This document shows, one piece after another, positions 30,114 to 32,000 of a stretch of 32,000 nucleotides of DNA (positions are counted from its first letter, which is position 1; every line of letters begins with the position of its first letter). The DNA is taken from assembly GCF_022493235.1 (NCBI RefSeq), contig NZ_CP028741.1. One strand, given 5' to 3'. The stretch is from Escherichia coli (GTDB taxonomy: Bacteria > Pseudomonadota > Gammaproteobacteria > Enterobacterales > Enterobacteriaceae). The notes beneath the pieces are model-generated. The model worked only from the letters and a program-made list of their open reading frames with translations. It did no database searches and was not told where the DNA came from. Both the position numbers and the translations under genes were made by a program.

Positions 30114-30437
30114 TTGCGTATTCTTTTTGTCTGTTCGCTATTGTTACTTTCTGGATGCAGCCATATGGCTAACGATAGCTGGAGCGGGCAGGATAAAGCT
30201 CAACACTTTATCGCCTCGGCGATGCTTTCCGCCGCCGGAAATGAATATTCACAGCATCAGGGGATGAGCCGGGATCGCAGTGCCATGTTTGGTTTGATGT
30301 TCTCTGTCAGTTTGGGGGCGTCAAAAGAGCTTTGGGATAGCCGCCCAGAAGGGAGCGGCTGGAGCTGGAAGGATTTGGCCTGGGATGTCGCCGGTGCAAG
30401 CACCGGCTATACCGTCTGGCAACTGACCCGTCACTAA
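30114..30437 (+). CDS. yfiM: Lipoprotein YfiM
   Basis: TTG start gives [15 protein letters not shown] (lipobox LSGC), 107 aa. Convergent with kgtP, overlapping it by 4 nt. Confidence 0.82.
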
Positions 30438-31732
30438 AGACGCATCCCCTTCCCTTTGCGATGTAGCATCAAAGAAACCAGAAACGCCACCACGGCCAGC
30501 AAGGTCACATACCAGAAGAAGGCTGTTTCCATTCCTATTGATTTCAGCGACAACGCTACGTACTCCGCCGAACCACCAAATATAGCATTAGCGACCGCAT
30601 ATGACAGACCAACGCCTAATGCGCGAACCTGTGCCGGGAACATCTCAGCCTTCAGTATTCCACTGATTGACGTATAAAAACTCACTATCAGCAGGGCACA
30701 CATCACCAGACCAAAAGCGGCATAAGGCGAGGAAACGTTTTGCAATGCTGAGAGAATAGGAACGGTAAAAATGGCTGCCAGCGAACCGAAACATAACATT
30801 GAGGTACGGCGACCAATCTTATCCGACAGCGCGCCAATGAGTGGTTGAATAAGCATGAATACAAACAATGCGGCAGTCATAATGCCACTCGCCACGTTGG
30901 CATGCATTCCCGCAGTATTTACCAGATACTTCTGCATATAAGTGGTGAAGGTATAGAAACAAAGGGAGCCCGCAGCGGTAAAACCGAGAACCATGATGAA
31001 TGCACGGCGATTGCGCCATAATCCTTTCAGAGATCCAGCTTCTTTTAAAGCGCGCGTTTCTTGTTGCGAAGTTTCATCTAACTGACGACGTAACCACAAC
31101 GCCACAACAGCTAACACAGCTCCTAACGCGAAAGGAATACGCCATCCCCACTCTCTGAGTGCAGCGTCTTCCATGGTGTGTTGTAAAACCACGACAACCA
31201 GTAGGGCTAGCAGTTGTCCGCCAATCAACGTCACATACTGAAATGATGCGTAAAAACCTTTGCGCCCTTCAACGGCAACTTCACTCATATAGGTGGCGCT
31301 GGTGCCATATTCTCCGCCAACGGATAATCCCTGAAATAAACGCGCGAGAAGCAATAATGCCGGAGCCCACGTACCGATTGTTTCATAACCAGGCAAACAG
31401 GCGATTACCAGTGAGCCGAAACACATCATACACACCGATAACAGCATCGATTTTTTGCGACCATGTTTATCGGCTATGCGGCCAAATAGCCAACCGCCTA
31501 TTGGGCGCATCAGGAATCCCGCAGCAAAAACACCTGCTGTTTGTAGCAGTTGAGTCGTCGTGTTCCCGGAAGGGAAGAAGATGTGGGCGAAGTAGAGTGA
31601 ACAGAACGAGTAGACATAGAAATCGAACCACTCGACCAGATTACCTGAAGAGGCCCCCACAATTGCCCAAATGCGGCGACGAGTATCACTACTTGTCAGT
31701 TTGCTGTCTGCCGTTACAGTACTTTCAGCCAT
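30434..31732 (-). CDS. kgtP: Alpha-ketoglutarate:H+ symporter (MFS)
   Basis: ORF trimmed to [22 protein letters not shown] (432 aa). MFS signature [11 protein letters not shown] and 12 hydrophobic segments. Confidence 0.96.
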
Positions 31733-31911
31733 GCCATTATATCTCCTGCCGTAATCCGATGCTTTTGTCGGTCGCTTTTGTTTATTTCTTTTGGTAAAGA
31801 AAATGTTATACATTTGTTGCGCATCATTATGCAACCTTAACTATGAATTTAGTTAGCAGGAAAATGGTTATTGAGGAGCTTAAGGATAAATTTCTGGTAA
31901 GGAGGACACGT

Positions 31912-31974
31912 ATGGAAGTAGGCAAGTTGGGGAAACCGTATCCGTTGCTGAATCTGGCATATGTGGGAGTATAA
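31912..31974 (+). CDS. Possible 20-codon small ORF (MEVGKLGKPYPLLNLAYVGV)
   Basis: Strong SD TAAGGAGGA lies 5 nt upstream of the ATG. A REP-like sequence follows. I have no homology information. Confidence 0.25.
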   Translation: MEVGKLGKPYPLLNLAYVGV

Positions 31975-32000
31975 GACGCGCAGCGTCGCATCAGGCATTT

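Overview
Escherichia coli core chromosome, gene order as I recall it from K-12: rseB (partial), rseA, rpoE, nadB, yfiC, srmB, yfiE, eamB, grcA, ung, yfiF, trxC, tapT(yfiP), patZ(yfiQ), pssA, yfiM, kgtP. The one accessory region is a 14,003-bp insertion (7447-21449) that splits the exporter gene eamB at a CT dinucleotide. The insert is a complete one-strand filamentous (Inovirus-type) prophage. Its genes, in order, are a KfrA-like DNA-binding protein, an iteron array, a P2-gpA-type rolling-circle Rep, small coat proteins, a g8-like major coat protein, g3-like, g6-like, a Zot/g1-like ATPase and a g4-like secretin. Its leftmost gene is an IS110-family DEDD recombinase with no IS right end of its own, so it appears to act as the phage integrase. 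The 176-nt leader upstream of that gene has two stem/internal-loop/hairpin modules. Their loop strands match the eamB target flank (8 nt) and the phage's own termini (7 nt), in the order expected for an IS110/IS621-type bridge RNA. Joining the two prophage ends also assembles a sigma70-like promoter (TTGCTA, 18 nt, TATATT) that exists only in the circular form. An IS66-family element (18486-21189, 8-bp TSD TGTCTTTG) sits inside the prophage and disrupts a reverse-strand cargo gene for a small secreted Lys-rich protein. All calls come from reading the sequence and the ORF track plus recalled family motifs; no database search or RNA folding was run.
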